A DNA stretch of 64,000 bases from positions 1,798,001 to 1,862,000 of the forward strand of contig ML978128.1 in NCBI GenBank assembly GCA_010015805.1, written 5' to 3'. Both the position numbers and the translations under genes were made by a program. The notes below the pieces were generated by a model. The model saw nothing but the letters and a program-made list of their open reading frames with translations, made no database searches and was not told the origin of the DNA. The stretch is from Rhizodiscina lignyota. Its lineage: Eukaryota. Below are positions 13,788 through 27,089 of this stretch, piece after piece; positions within the stretch are counted from its first letter, which is position 1; the number at the start of each line of letters is the position of its first letter.

Positions 13788-15974
13788 ATGCGACCTGCCA
13801 TCCTCCCAGGGCGATCATGTTGTCGACTTCTCCGAGCCAGCATCAGCGCGCGATGTCGAGTCCAACCATTCTCCACCTCACCGATTCTTCGCCATATTTA
13901 TAGATCTAGTCATACGAAACCCCCGCCTAGATTTCGCCCTCCAAGAACGCTTCTTTCCGCCGCCGGTCTCACCTCCTTAGCATTCGTCCAATTGGCCGAC
14001 ACTGACGAAGAGAATGGAGATGGCAAGACGCGCGAGCAACAGATGCTCGAGGAGTCGAGGGCGGAGATTGCAAATCAAGTTCCAAAGGCGCTAGAAGGGT
14101 CGAAGGCGGTTCGGCGATCGATCTACTTCTTTGTGGATCACTACATAGTCGAGCCTATCGCGACCGGCTTGCGATTTCTACACCTTGTGGTAATCTTTGT
14201 GCCGGTCATCGTGACGATACCGGTGATGTGGATCGGACCACGACAAAAGGACCGGGATAATGAGAGGAGTGGCACATTATGGTGGTATAGGTTCTTGGTC
14301 TGGTCGATGGAGAGTGCGGGAGCGGCGTTTATCAAGGTATTACAGACATGACATGATGGGATGATGACAGACCGGCTGATATATAATGATAGCTAGGGCA
14401 ATGGGCTGCTTCAAGGAGCGACATCTTTCCTACTGAGCTCTGCCATATAATGTCCTCCCTTCACTCGGACGCACCAGCACACTCCCTGTCAAAGACAAAG
14501 GCCATCGTCGAGAAGGCCTTCGACGGCCGAAAGTTCGATGATATATTTGAGGAGTTTCACGAGAAGCCACTGGGCGTAGGAGCGATTGCACAAGTATACA
14601 AAGCGAAGCTGAAGCCGGATCTGACTGTTCCAGGGGATGTAGATGTTGCGAGGCCTGAGAGGCTCGGGGAGAAACTGTACCGGAATATGGAAGTGGCTTT
14701 GAAGAGTCGACCACAACGCGTACCTTCGAGTTATGTCGCAGTTAAGGTCCTTCATCCTAAGATTGAGCGGACGGTACGCCGCGATTTACGTATCATGGCG
14801 TTCTTCGCCGCTGTGATCAATGCTGTGCCCACGATGGAATGGCTATCCTTCCCAGACGAAGTCAAGCAGTTTGCATGGATGATGCGACTACAGCTAGACT
14901 TGCGGATCGAAGCTGCGAACCTTACTATCTTCCGAAAGAACTTCCGCAATCGAACGACTGCTTGGTTCCCGTTCCCCTATTCGGAATACACTACTCGACA
15001 GGTCTTGGTCGAAGAGTTCGCAACTGGTATTCCTTTGGAAGCGTTTCTACAGAATGGCGGAGGTGTCTTCCAGAAAGAAATTGCAGATGAAGGGCTTGAC
15101 GCTTTCCTTCACATGGTCCTCATCGACAATTTCATTCATGCAGATCTACATCCGGGCAACATCATGGTCCGCTTCTACAAGCCGGAGCAGCTTGATGTAC
15201 CTCATCTAAGCCTAAAAGGCCGCGAGGCCTCAGAGCATGAAAAGGATGTAGCTGCATCAGCGGACATTACTGAAGAAGTCCTGCAGCGCTTGCGACCCTT
15301 CAAGAATCATCGCGCTAAATGGGAAGAACAATTGCGACAGATCGACCAGGAGGGTTATCGACCCCAACTCATCTTCATCGACACCGGACTGGTTACCGAA
15401 CTGAATGCGGTAAATCGCAAGAACTTCTTGGACCTGTTTAAGGCAATCGCTGAGTTCGACGGCTACAAAGCTGGTCAGTTGATGGTGGAGCGATGTCGGC
15501 AGCCGGACGCTGTCCGCGATCCAGAAGTCTTCGCTTTGAGGATGCAGCATCTCGTGCTTGGTGTGAAGAGCAGGACCTTTGCACTTGGCAACATCAAGAT
15601 CGGCGACATTCTGAATGAAGTGCTTAGCATGGTGCGGAGTCATCATGTCAGACTCGAAGGTGACTTCGTTAATGTCGTCCTGAGCATATTGCTGTTGGAG
15701 GGTATTGGCAGAAACCTCGATCCAAACCTTGATCTTTTTGCTGGGGCTCTTCCCATCCTCCGCCAGCTGGGTGCTCAAAGTGGCACTTCGATGCTTCGAG
15801 GAGGCGACTTTTCCATGCTCAAGGTTTGGTTTGGGCTGGAGGCGCGGAGCTTACTTCAGGCTTCGGTTGAACAGGTATGTGTTAAAGCATCAAACTGGAT
15901 AAGGGATCATAATTCTAACAGCATGACAGGTTGAGATGTGTGTCAAGTACGATTTATTAGCGCCGAACGTCTAG
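13788..15974 (+). CDS. Mitochondrial ABC1/UbiB-family atypical kinase (ADCK2/Cqd1-like)
   Basis: Has an Arg-rich N-terminal presequence, the KxGQ motif AFIK|LGQWAASRSDIFP, GVGAIAQVY, VAVKVLHP, HADLHPGNI and IDTGL. Introns: 14337-14392 and 15874-15929. Ends KYDLLAPNV*. Confidence 0.9.
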
Positions 15975-17142
15975 AGAACGTAAGCGCGAAGAGCGCTTCT
16001 TTGCATGCTTGTATAACACGAGAGAGATTCAAACTTGTAGAGTGGCCTGATATGTATTTTTTAATCCTTTCATGGTCTACTCCGTACAGTGTTCCAACCC
16101 TCTGGTATTCCGATAGAGTCCTCGAGCACTTGTCCCATGACGGCGGAAGAAAGATTGTCGGAGTTGACATCTGACTCTGACTTTGTGCGCCTATTGGGAT
16201 AGAACAGAAGAAGAGGCGGAGTAATTGTAACCGATTTTCGGGACCATGTGTGAGGACAGCGGAAGATAAATGCCGAGTTATGAAATCGTATTTTCAAATA
16301 TGTGTACAGTGCTGGCGGAAGGACGATGGAATTGAAATCGTGTCAAATACACGCGCTAGGACCGCGGAAGACTCGTGAAGATTGCTCATCTAGTTTACTC
16401 TCGCTCTAGTGTCCCAATGTATTTGGCATCCTCGAGTTGATCAATGTCTTGGCCTTTCTTGGTCCCTAATTTGAATTAGATTGTTATGGTAACTACACAT
16501 GAACGCTTGAGTAATGTAGCGCCAGCAGTGGTGTGTCGCGTGCGCCACGATGTGGATACAGCCCCTGACGTCCGCTCCAAGACGCCGTTGCGGGTAAACA
16601 TAACGATCGACAAAACGTGGCTTGATTTCAGACATTAGACTAAACACCTAATACGTTAACCAATATCTTTGACCCGATGAAAAAAGACAACCAAGCCTCG
16701 TATCTTTTAAAGAGAGCATGAAAATCTTAGCTAATGATCTGGGGCCGTGAAGATCTTCAAACAACCCAAGCCAAATCAGACCCCTTTCCCGTTCTGAAGC
16801 CTGATAGCGAAGAGTGACGAACGCCATGCCGAGAAGAAATACGAAATATTTGTGTCAGTGCAGCATATGTACGACGAGTCATCAGCGAGCGGAAGGAGAG
16901 ACGCTTCTATGAACAAGATGTATAGGTAGGTGTTGGGAGGTGTAAGAGGAAAAAGATGGGTATCGCGTCCTCGTGCTCGAGCCGAGACCAAAGAAAAAAA
17001 AAATCGAAAACGCCAATGCGATGCTTGCGAGCAATGAAGTACGCGTCGCTCGCGGAGAACCAAATCCAGTATTCACACGCCTCCTTTGTCTTGCGGCCCT
17101 GTACAATCCAACTCTTTACAAACCGTCAGTTCTAGCCCGAGC

Positions 17143-18575
17143 TCATCGTCCGAGCAAGATGCCCCTTGAATACTCCAAGCTCATGCGATGCACGGGTTTG
17201 TCTAGATCGACGTAGTCCAGCATTCCCTCTACGAAGTACCGATTTATAATGCCGACATCTACTGCAATCTGCAGAGCTTCTTCGACATCCTCCCTTCTGC
17301 TTCCAAGCTCCTTGCTCATTGTGGCCCATATCGTGTCCCAGAATGTCTGTTCCAGCACCTCTCTGACTGTCTGGCCCGGGTATCCTGGAGCCTGCTGGTT
17401 GTAGAAGCTCCATACACCGTCGACCATGTTACCTAAGAAGCATTCGTAGAGGCCGAAGATGCACATTCCGAATGCTTCTACACCAGCAGCGTCAAAGTCG
17501 ATGACGCCTGTGACGCGTCCATCATCAGCAACGAGGATATTGATTTGCGCGAAGTCATGGTGAGTGAGTACGGGAGGAAGCTTGTCGAGGAGGTGGAGCC
17601 TGCTAAGCAAATCGTCTGCTTTCTTGTAGAAGCGCAAGTCAATTTCTTGCAGGCTCTCGTTTTGCCGGAGGCGGAGGAGCCGGTCGCGTGCCGTTAGCGT
17701 CCAACTGTCGGGGTTGCAAGCATAGAGCGGCTGTGGGAAGTGAGTGGCCTTAGCGATAAACGCAGCTAGGCCGGTGACCGTTGCCCGTTCGCGAGCAAGA
17801 GGGAATCGTCCGGCTGGAAAAGGCTGGAGAATGTGGGGATTCCCGGGGAGGAAGTCGGAGATGTATGTTGGAAGGACGAAGCGCGGATAGTATGTGACTT
17901 CAGGCACTAGCTTGCCGTAGATGGATCGTGCCAGGTCGAGGATCGGAATGTTCAGCTCTCGTAGGCGGAACTGAATGATCTTCGCAGTGGACGGGCAAAC
18001 GAGTGTGTAGGAATTGGAGCCTTGATTAGACATTAGGCGGATCTCATGAGGACCCATGATACGTTGCGCAAGCGCAATGCATTGCTGTGGTGTTACATCC
18101 TCCACGGTTGCACCACGGAATGCAAGAGCGCGGGGAACCTTAATATTGAAGAAGTCGGCAATGATAAGTTCTTCGTGGAGGCGGTTCTGGTCGGCAAGCG
18201 TCTCGCTGGAGCCTTTCCACTCCATGAGTTCCCATTGCGCATTATTTCTGTCCATCATGGTCAGTCGTTGTTTGTATGGACAGCCTGTCGGGATTGGAGG
18301 GGGTGGTGCGAGTGATGGGAGACGGAAGACAAGTGCAGGTAGGCGTACTTTACTTCGTCCTCCTCGATTTTGCTCAGCCTGTTGTTGACGAGACTATGAG
18401 TGCTAATCATCGACTGAGCCCGCTTGCGCGATGCCATGTTGGTCGTCAATGTCACCATGGAGGAGGAAGAGGGCGACGGAGAAGGGGTATTGTGCCTGTT
18501 CGCCAAGGGCGATTCGGCCCTCAAGCTTAACGGGCTGGCCACAGCCGAAGCTGCAGTAGCGCTGCTCATAGCCAT
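17143..18575 (-). CDS. Aminoglycoside phosphotransferase (APH)/choline-kinase-like protein with a Ser-rich N-terminal extension
   Basis: Contains QGSNSYT, the Brenner-type motif HHDFAQINILV and VIDFD. Intron 18348-18248 (GTACGC..CTGAC..CAG) joins ORF 18261-18575 in frame to ORF 17143-18258 (EVK|NNAQWE). Confidence 0.85.
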
Positions 18576-19427
18576 TGCTGACGTCGGTCGTCTCTGTTTG
18601 CTGTCTCGTGAACGAGCCGGAGTGTGTTGTTTAAAACCAAGGTCACTTCAGCTTCAGCAAAGCAATCGCCCAGAGACGCCGGGGAGAGTAGAGCTGAGCA
18701 CCGACGACAGCATAAGTTCACAGGCTGGTCACAGTGATCCTTTGGCTTCGCACACGCCAAGATATTAAATAAATTTAGGAGCTAGCCTAAGGTTAGTATC
18801 GGTTCGTATGGCGGAGTTCCGAGGGGGGTCCCGCGTGCAGGATTCGCTTGCTTTTGGCTTTGGCGTCAAGCCGCGTGCTGTGCGCAGCTCGAGCCGACGA
18901 GCGGTGCAGTCCTGGAGCCATTGCACTGGTGTGATCAATAATACCGTTAGATCTGAAATTTTGTTCAACGTTTGTGGAGATAGCCGTCCTCGTGGGAGCG
19001 GACTGAGATTTGAGATGGGGTTGGGGAGCACGGAGAACTGCCGTACTCCTTAGCTACGGGAGCGGTTCGTAACCGTACATAAGGCGGATTCTGGAGTTCG
19101 CATTATTTGCTGCACGGGCTTCCATTCTTAGTCCACGGGTCATCGACGCCAATCTGCGGTAGGACGGTGGGACTGTTTTCAGCCTCATCCCATCCCTGAC
19201 ATCCATCCATTTCAGGTTGGAAGAAGCGCGGAGGTCTGGGCGGAGCGGTGTCATGTGCCGCCGCTCCGCGCCTTGCAGGTGCGTTCGTGTGTTTGCAGGG
19301 GCGTGTGGCAAGGGTCTCCTCCATGCTGGCGTTGGTGTCGGGTGTTTACTCCAAGCGCGAAGATCACCATCAATTGCCAAATACCACCAAGACATGATTT
19401 CGCCATAGTACACGCGTCTACGGCCAC

Positions 19428-22160
19428 ATGAATACGCGTCGCCGATTCGAGCCTTTCGCTCCAATTTCACCAAACATTGTCGCGACATCTCCCCCGCGTA
19501 CTGCCGCCAACGTTGGCTCCTTCGATGACGACCGCTACCACAACGCCATGGACGCGAAGGTCCAAGACGAGAATACGACCAATTCGGCCACTGGATCGGC
19601 CACGTCAGGCCTCACGTCGCTAGAGAGTGATACAACAGATGACTTTGGGAAACTGATGCTACAGCACCGACGCGATCAGCAACGCTTGTTAGACTCGGTG
19701 CAAGGGAAGGCACAACCATTCAGTAGAGCAAGGCCAAGACAAAGAGGACGATTGACGTTAGACAACCTGGAGCGCAATGTCGTACAAGCAGATAATGGAC
19801 CTCAAAGATACGCGCAATTCAGCAGTCCTGGAGGTAGCGTGAGCAGCAGCGAGCGCTCCGACCCACCTTTGAATATTCCGAGGGAATGGGGACGAAAAGC
19901 AAGGAAAGGAGTAGACTGGCTGCGGAGGGGAGCTATCACAGCAGATGGTGGAGTTGTGCACAACGAACAAGAAGTCATCATCTCGCGCAAGACAACTTTT
20001 ACTGGGGATGAGACACCACAAGCCATTGACTGGGTCAGCGCAGCGGCAGATATACCATTGCCAACTACAGAGGGCAGTCCATCTCCTTTTCGATATGCGA
20101 AGGGCACTCGATCGTCCGACCAAGAGCGTGACGACTCCTTGCAACGAATTCGTGAATGGAACGTCGACGACGACTTCACAGCAAACTCGCTGATCACATC
20201 GACTCCGGCAGTCGTGTCGCGCAACACTGTTCTGGATGAGATACGACTACGTGAGCTAGAAACAGTCACAGAGGCTTCTTTTGCCTCAAAGTCACGGGAG
20301 CAGTCACCAGAGAGTGCTCCATCACGAAGACTGCCTTTACCTCCCGCTCTAAACTCCGACCAGAAATTGCAGGAGAAGGCACACGACGTATCATGGACTC
20401 ATCCGGCCGAGCAGAGTATGTCGTTGCCGAAACGGAGGAGGTCCAGCCAATCTCGATCGACACGAACTGGTGCTGTGGACGAGAAGAATGATAGAGCGAG
20501 CTCCTCTTCGCCCGTCGTTGTCTATAAAGAATCCGATGCGGCTACCCGATCAATCACTCCGAAGAGGCCTCAACAACACAAACGGACTGATTCGCATGAT
20601 ATATTGCGGCGATTGGCTCGAGCAGCTAGTGCAACGCCGAGCCCAGCAAGACCGGCCAAAGAAAAGGAATACGCCGACCAAGGTGCAGACGTTGACTCAG
20701 TCAACACCGGGAATAAGCCAAGCGCAATCGCTGAAGAGGAACCTCAATCAAAAGAGTCCAAAAAGTCTGTACCCCAGCCTGAGGATGATGCAGTCGATCC
20801 CCATACCCCGTTTCTCGACGAAAACGAAGAAGCTTCGAATGCCCAAAAGAAGCAAAACGCCAAAACGCCGGTCGTAACGGGTGCTTGGATAGACACGCCT
20901 GCTCCAGGAACGGAGAAGCGTGTCCCAAATAGTCCTTCCAGATTAAGAATATTGAATTCTATATCTGACGATCGTAAGAACGCTCAGACCTCCACGACGC
21001 CACCGAAACAAGGATCCCCCAAGAAATCACCGCTAAAGCCCCGACCCATCCCACATGGGGAAGCTACCCCGGATATTCAGTCACGGAGACCATCATTGCC
21101 ATCATCTGCGCTTGCTGCAGTTCTTGGTGATGCGAAATCGCACCAAGATGGTTCTGGTAAAGCGGCTCTGGGAGATAGTGCCAAGCTCAGCCGTGACTTT
21201 GCAGTTGGCGACAGTACCATCAATTCGCTCGAAGACCTCATCGACTCCTCTCTAGCCGTAGATTCAAATGCCCAGGCGAACGAAGAAGATACGGAAACGG
21301 ACACACTTCGTAATCATTTGCCTACGCTGCCATCGCCTGATGCGAAACCAAGGAACGCCGCTGAACGGCAAAGATGGAAAGAAATTGAGCAAGTGTCACG
21401 AATGAATGACCAGCTGCGTGCTGCGAGAAGTAACATTCGTGATGCACGAGTCGGACTGAGAAGAGTAGAGCATGCCGTGCTCACAGCAGACGAATTAGAG
21501 GAGAAGCACAGAGGAAGGGACGGATGCTGCGAAGCATGCGGGTGCCCAGGGAGTTGGAGTTTCCAAGGCCTTGCTAGGACCGTTCGTAGCGCGTTCATAA
21601 CGGACTTACCAGAAGCCGACAACACTTCAGATCAAAAGCCATGGTGGAAGTGGAATCGGAGATGGCAACTTACTACCCTGGGTCTTCTCACGGTGATCAT
21701 CATCTGCTACGCCCTTTCAGAGACGGTTCTATGCGATCAATACTGTCATAAAGAATTCGCGTACACCATGGTCGACTACGGCGTCGATCCCAACGCGCCG
21801 GAGCTACCCTTTGTCACCTTTACCTTGCTCTTCCGCCCGCTTAAGTGGCTGTGGCATCCTGCGTGGGTTGCTCTCAGGGACAACACGATTCTCGCCTTAC
21901 GAGCGACCGGATTGATGGCAGAGGAGATGAAGCAAGACCAACCTTGGATGAGAAAGGAAGTTTGGGAGAAAATCGTTGAGGCGGCGAGGGAGGATGATTA
22001 CTTGTCTTACGCAGGTATTTCCAGTTGGTTGGCAAGTTACTCGAGTAGCGTGAGCGCGCATGTCGGGCCGACGGCTACGTTTAAGACGTGGGCTGAGAGT
22101 ATGATTACTCCGCCGCCTGGGCGGGAGGGTTGGAGTATGAACCAGGATGAAGTTATTTGA
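19428..22160 (+). CDS. Hypothetical protein: long disordered region, short coiled coil, CxxCxC and C-terminal hydrophobic segments
   Basis: A 910-aa single ORF with motifs NIPREWGRKA and TPVVTGAWIDTP, the coiled coil RMNDQLRAARSNIRDARVGLRRVE, and the hydrophobic segment LTTLGLLTVIIICYALSETVLC. Confidence 0.8.
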   Translation: MNTRRRFEPFAPISPNIVATSPPRTAANVGSFDDDRYHNAMDAKVQDENTTNSATGSATSGLTSLESDTTDDFGKLMLQHRRDQQRLLDSVQGKAQPFSRARPRQRGRLTLDNLERNVVQADNGPQRYAQFSSPGGSVSSSERSDPPLNIPREWGRKARKGVDWLRRGAITADGGVVHNEQEVIISRKTTFTGDETPQAIDWVSAAADIPLPTTEGSPSPFRYAKGTRSSDQERDDSLQRIREWNVDDDFTANSLITSTPAVVSRNTVLDEIRLRELETVTEASFASKSREQSPESAPSRRLPLPPALNSDQKLQEKAHDVSWTHPAEQSMSLPKRRRSSQSRSTRTGAVDEKNDRASSSSPVVVYKESDAATRSITPKRPQQHKRTDSHDILRRLARAASATPSPARPAKEKEYADQGADVDSVNTGNKPSAIAEEEPQSKESKKSVPQPEDDAVDPHTPFLDENEEASNAQKKQNAKTPVVTGAWIDTPAPGTEKRVPNSPSRLRILNSISDDRKNAQTSTTPPKQGSPKKSPLKPRPIPHGEATPDIQSRRPSLPSSALAAVLGDAKSHQDGSGKAALGDSAKLSRDFAVGDSTINSLEDLIDSSLAVDSNAQANEEDTETDTLRNHLPTLPSPDAKPRNAAERQRWKEIEQVSRMNDQLRAARSNIRDARVGLRRVEHAVLTADELEEKHRGRDGCCEACGCPGSWSFQGLARTVRSAFITDLPEADNTSDQKPWWKWNRRWQLTTLGLLTVIIICYALSETVLCDQYCHKEFAYTMVDYGVDPNAPELPFVTFTLLFRPLKWLWHPAWVALRDNTILALRATGLMAEEMKQDQPWMRKEVWEKIVEAAREDDYLSYAGISSWLASYSSSVSAHVGPTATFKTWAESMITPPPGREGWSMNQDEVI

Positions 22161-22908
22161 TATCGGTTCCAGCATTGGATGGGTTTGGGATGGGTTGGGT
22201 TTCGCGTCATCGCTGCATTGTCATGGGCATTTGGGCTAGGCGCTGGGTGGTTTGGATCATCCCAGCGTCTCCTGCTTTTGGTGGTGAGCATTGACACGCG
22301 TATTGTTAGCATAACGATCTTAAGGACACGTATAATGGTATCCTGTATCATACCAAGCCATTGTATGAGAGTCATGAAATTCTGACGAGAGCCTGAAAAC
22401 TTGCGCGTTTTTTTAGGTTCAAGGGTAATAAAATTCCTGCCCCGATGGACGCAGAAAGTACACAGCATAGATGAGTTTTACTCTTCACTCCCCTACCAAA
22501 ATTAGTAAAGTAGGCTTCAACAATTTGGTCATCGAAGACCGTCCGAGCCGTTGCTCAACAGAATATCATATGCACACGTGACAACGCGTCTTCTCGCGAC
22601 TTCTTGGCGCAATCTCTTGACCAATTCGATCTTGAACAGTTCGTGTCTCCTGATTCTATCAGTGCCAACTCTCTTCCAGTGATCGGGGAGAGTTTTCGAT
22701 TACGGCGAAACTGAATTGATCTTGGAGACTGAACTCTTGCAACTGCTAAATTCGTTCAAGAGTGTGTCTCCGTGAACATTGAGGTGCATTGGATCTGAGG
22801 TTTCATGCATCTAATAATGATTCGAGCTGACAATTCATAGTGGCCCTCGAATTGTGCTTTGTTCTCAGTCCATACATCCCTCTGTAGACCTCGTGGAGAA
22901 CCTTCGCA

Positions 22909-24543
22909 ATGGATTCTGATCGAACTGATGAGGGACCAGACCCCCTTCCCTGGATATCTGAGGATCGGCAAAGAGAACTGGATGCTATTATCGCAAAGCT
23001 TGACCCTTACCAGAGGAGGTATCTCCATGCCAAGCTCGCATCAAAGACATTTCAGTTCGATATTGTCGGTGGTCTTCCCCTGGAGCTCGTGGGTAAGATC
23101 TTCGCTCACGCAGATATTGAGGATATCCTTCAATGTCAAAGGGTCAGCAAGAGATGGAAATTTCTCTTGTCTACATCTGCAGTGCTAGACCCCCGTTTAA
23201 ATCGATGGTATTCCCTCAGCGACCCTCCCTTGACACGATCGTCTGATCCGACTGTCAACTTACCGCTATTAAAACTCAAACATATTTGGCAATACACACA
23301 TCACAAGCCATCCAGCACAGCAATATACCACGCGCAGCACGCCCCTGGCGATCTAAGCAAGTTGCGTAAATTTCAATACCATCACGGGAGGGTCGCGTGG
23401 CTGGAGGGAGACAAGGCCACCGTCCGTGACTTACGCTCTGGAGAGGTCAAAGTGCACTTCGGTACAGCAAGAGAGACGTTAGGCTTACTATGCTTGACTG
23501 AAGAGCTCATGGCGGTTTGGACATACTCTGGTATATGCTATGTTTACGAGCTGTTTTCCGACGTGTCCAAATCATTTCGACTTCCTTCTATTCAATCAAT
23601 CAATGCAATAGGTGGCCGCGGTCAAACAATTGCATGTGTGACGTCTGAATCAGGACAAGACAAGCAGTTGTCAATATTCTCTTTCGATGATGGCAGCATT
23701 CAGCATACCCCTTTAAACAACACTGGAAGGTAAATTTGGGTATTCCATCTTCTGTACTTTCGCTAATTTAAACAGCCTGGTGTTTATCCTTGAAGGCATC
23801 CGTTTTTTAACAGGTTCAATATTTTTGACAGCATTCGATACCGTGCAGCGAGAAAGCGAGCCAAAATCCAGCATTTGTGTACTTCATGTCCTTTGCTGCA
23901 CGCTGGCCGGAAAAGTAGTTCAAGATATTACTCCGTCACGAATTCCCGCTACGGAAAGTTTCGGAGAAGTCCTCCAGGACGGGGGATATCTTATGTGCAC
24001 CACTCGTTCGACAGACTACGATGGCAGCTTCGCAATTCTCTGCAACGCACAGTCACGCAGGTCAAAGTACGCAGGTTGGGTGGTGCAGTTCGACAGGAAC
24101 GGCGCTTCCACTATCCTGCGCGAATATGATTCTTTCCGCGCACCTTTCCTACGCTGGAAAGATATTGAGCACGGAAAAAGATTTGGAGATGTTGGTGCTT
24201 ACTTCCATCAATCGGTCTTCGATCTAAGGTCCAATCCTACTCGGCTCGAGACGCGCGCCAAGTATGTCTCCTATAATTTGTTCCCTTTGGGCCTCCTGCC
24301 TTGTTGTTCGCATTTCGGCTCATCCGTGCTAACAAATCTTTTTTCAGGGAGCAATCCGCGTTGCCGTGGATAGGCGATGAACTCTTCCTCGTATCAGCTG
24401 AGGGTGAATGCAATTTCAAGGTACTCTGCTTCGATCCCCTCGCGCGACTTCCGCCAAGTAGTCCCGGGTATACATACGTGTCAGAAAAGATTCCAATCGA
24501 AGATGATTATATAGTCATTGAGGTGAAGAAGGTCACATGTTAG
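22909..24543 (+). CDS. F-box protein
   Basis: The F-box is DIVGGLPLELVGKIFAHADIEDILQCQRVSKRWK. Introns 23730-23775 and 24262-24347 join three ORFs in frame, ending ...WIGDELFLV...VLCFDP. Confidence 0.85.
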
Positions 24544-25120
24544 TTGATTAACTGCGGACACTGTCTGGTCAGGAATTCAGTTACCGTAGAAGCTCTTCCA
24601 GCCTTTCCTCCAGCCTCACACTCCAAGGAACGCAGAATTAAGCTTGCCGAGATAATCTCGCTCACCTCGAAGTGTCAGAGTTACTTGGCCTTGGGCGATA
24701 CAGCTTGAGTGGCGACCATGATGTAGAAATTCTATAAGTAATGCAGTGTATACAAGTTTTCGACAGTGTTGCGATTATCGTATACACTCCAAAGAACGTA
24801 GAACTCAGCTTTTAGAAATGATCTCGCATATATTGAAGTATAACTAACTGCTTGAACTTAAGGCGTTACAGTTTGCCTGACGGCCAGCTATTTTGTCTCA
24901 TGGGGGTCAGCTTTACACATAGTCAAGGCACTGTCATAGTAGTATCATCACTTTAGAAAATCTCAAGCAGATCGAAAGGTTTCACTGCTCCTTTATTACG
25001 TGTTAATGAAACTCCGCACTTGAGCGATCCCAAGGTATCATACACAGGCATGAAATTTTTCTCCAGAGACCGAAGATTCCAAGAACCCAAAAACACCGAT
25101 TAGAGCTCATGCAAGACTCA

Positions 25121-27089
25121 TCATAACTTGAACTCCATAATCCCCGTTGGCCCTTGATCGTTATAATCCGTCCTCGTCATGAACCCCTTACTGAGACCTT
25201 GATCCACAATGAAAAGCACCTTCGCGGCCACTTGTGCCCCCAAGAAAGCCGCCTCGTCGTAGCCAACGTCTTTCCACTCGGGGAAGTACTCGGGCACCTT
25301 CGCAAGCTTGATGCTCGTCGGTGTCTGTCCGTGGGAAGAGTGGACGTTCTGCTGTTGATTTACTGAAGGTATCGCGTTTCCGGGTGTGAGATGTTGGTTG
25401 TGTGCCGTCGTTGCTGCAAGGAGCAGTGGGTTCACGCCATGTGAAGTGTGGCCACCCAGTTGCGGTTGTGGAGTGTTTGCGCCGGTGCCAGCGGGAGTTG
25501 AGAGATTTGATGGGAGCTCGGAGGTGAAGATCGTGGCGGATGAGGGTGAAATGATGTACTTGCTGTTGAGGGTAGCGATGAGTGTGTCTTTGAAACCTAT
25601 CGGTCAGAGTTAGCATGATGTGGCACTTCCAAGTCTAGAGCAAAATTCACCTCTCACTCGGGCCCCATTGCCAACAATGATGAGAGAGTCCCATAGTTCG
25701 CTCCTCTTGGCAACTTGCTCCACAGACGAGACTGTCCGGTAGATTGCATCTGCTAAACGCTCGATAATGCCTCCTGTTGCTGCTTGGAAGCGCTCAACTC
25801 CGACTTCGACTTCTCTTCGCGGTGCGGTTCGTTTCTGGCCGCCTTCGTCCAGAGCAACTTGTGCTTCTGCCATCTCCTTGCCTGACAAGTTCATGCCCTT
25901 GAGCGTATCAAGGAGATGGTGATCCTCGTAAAGGAATGTCGCCCTTTCCTTCTTCCAGTTTGGTAACTTGCCCTGCTTTTGTTGCGCAGCAGATGCCTCC
26001 GCTGCGCCTTTCTTCTTCGTTACGGCCTTCTCAGCCTTCTCCTTCTCTTTACGAGCGAGGTATTCAGTCATCTTGCCGCCTGCCACTATACTCGCCACAT
26101 CTAAGACGCCTTCATTCTCATCATCGTTATTGGCTTCCTCTCCAACCTCTGTCCCTGGCCCAGGGCCTAACGGTGCCTCTCCCATCGCGCCTGCAGTATT
26201 TCGCTGGTTCGGCCCAGAACCTTGTGCTCCTGTCGAGGCTGCGGCGGCTGGATTTGTCACGTCGCCACCACCAGCCCCTGATGCTCCTGGCAGTGGTGTG
26301 CCTGGAGGAAGAATCTCGGCAATGGAACTCTTCTTCAGCTGCTCACACATTTCTCTCGTGAAGCCCTTGGGACTGAGCAGTTCAAGCAAGCGCTGTGTCA
26401 TCGCCTCGCCGCCACATTTAGGGACCGCAATTGCCCTCCCGGTATCGTGTAGTAGAAATTCGCTAACAGCCGTGACATCAGCCTTCCCCAGTCCGACATC
26501 CACAACTGTAGCACTTGGCACGCCGTATGCGTAGCAAGTGGCGGTCGCCGCATCCATCAGTGCGAATGCTGGCATCTTAAACTTTTCGAAGAAGAATTGT
26601 GTGAGTTTTTGACAGTCGTGGTCTGTCCAGCATGGTTGCGATATGAGCAGGATTGGTGTGTGGAATGGAGGGTTAAGGTTATTGTAGACGTGCTGGATGA
26701 GCGCGAAGAAGCAGGCCCAGTTCGTTATTCGGCCTTCTGTCATCGGCCATACCGCACCTTCATCTGAGACGAAATCCTCTTCATATTCGACTTCTTCTTC
26801 CTTCCTGTCTGTACCATTTTGCCCGTTCGTAGCAGTTCCGTTTTCCTGGCCATTGGGGGCCTTTTCCTTCCGGCGCACCTTGTATGGTTCCCATTCTCCT
26901 TCCTTCTCGCCGGAAAACATACACGATCGAATTCGCACGCGCGCTGGAGTGAAGGACTCTGGTAAGCCGAGTTGCGCAAGGGTGGTCTGCGACCCAGGCG
27001 CGATGATCTTGAGACAATCAATTAGCAAACACTGCAAGACATTGGAGAGCGCATCGTACTATTATCTGCTCATCCTTGAAGGGCGCCAT
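25121..27089 (-). CDS. ARP9: Actin-related protein Arp9 (RSC/SWI-SNF subunit)
   Basis: Starts MAPFKDEQII|IIAPGSQTTLAQLGLPESFTP and has actin-fold motifs (FFFEKFKMPAF, VVDVGLGKADV, FLGAQVAAK). Introns: 27059-27008 and 25650-25597. Confidence 0.9.

Noticed and set aside
16775..16890. Possible C/D snoRNA on the minus strand (TGATGA...CTGA)
   Set aside because: The C box is imperfect, I recognise no rRNA-complementary guide or terminal stem, and it lies in the likely 3'UTR of the APH gene.
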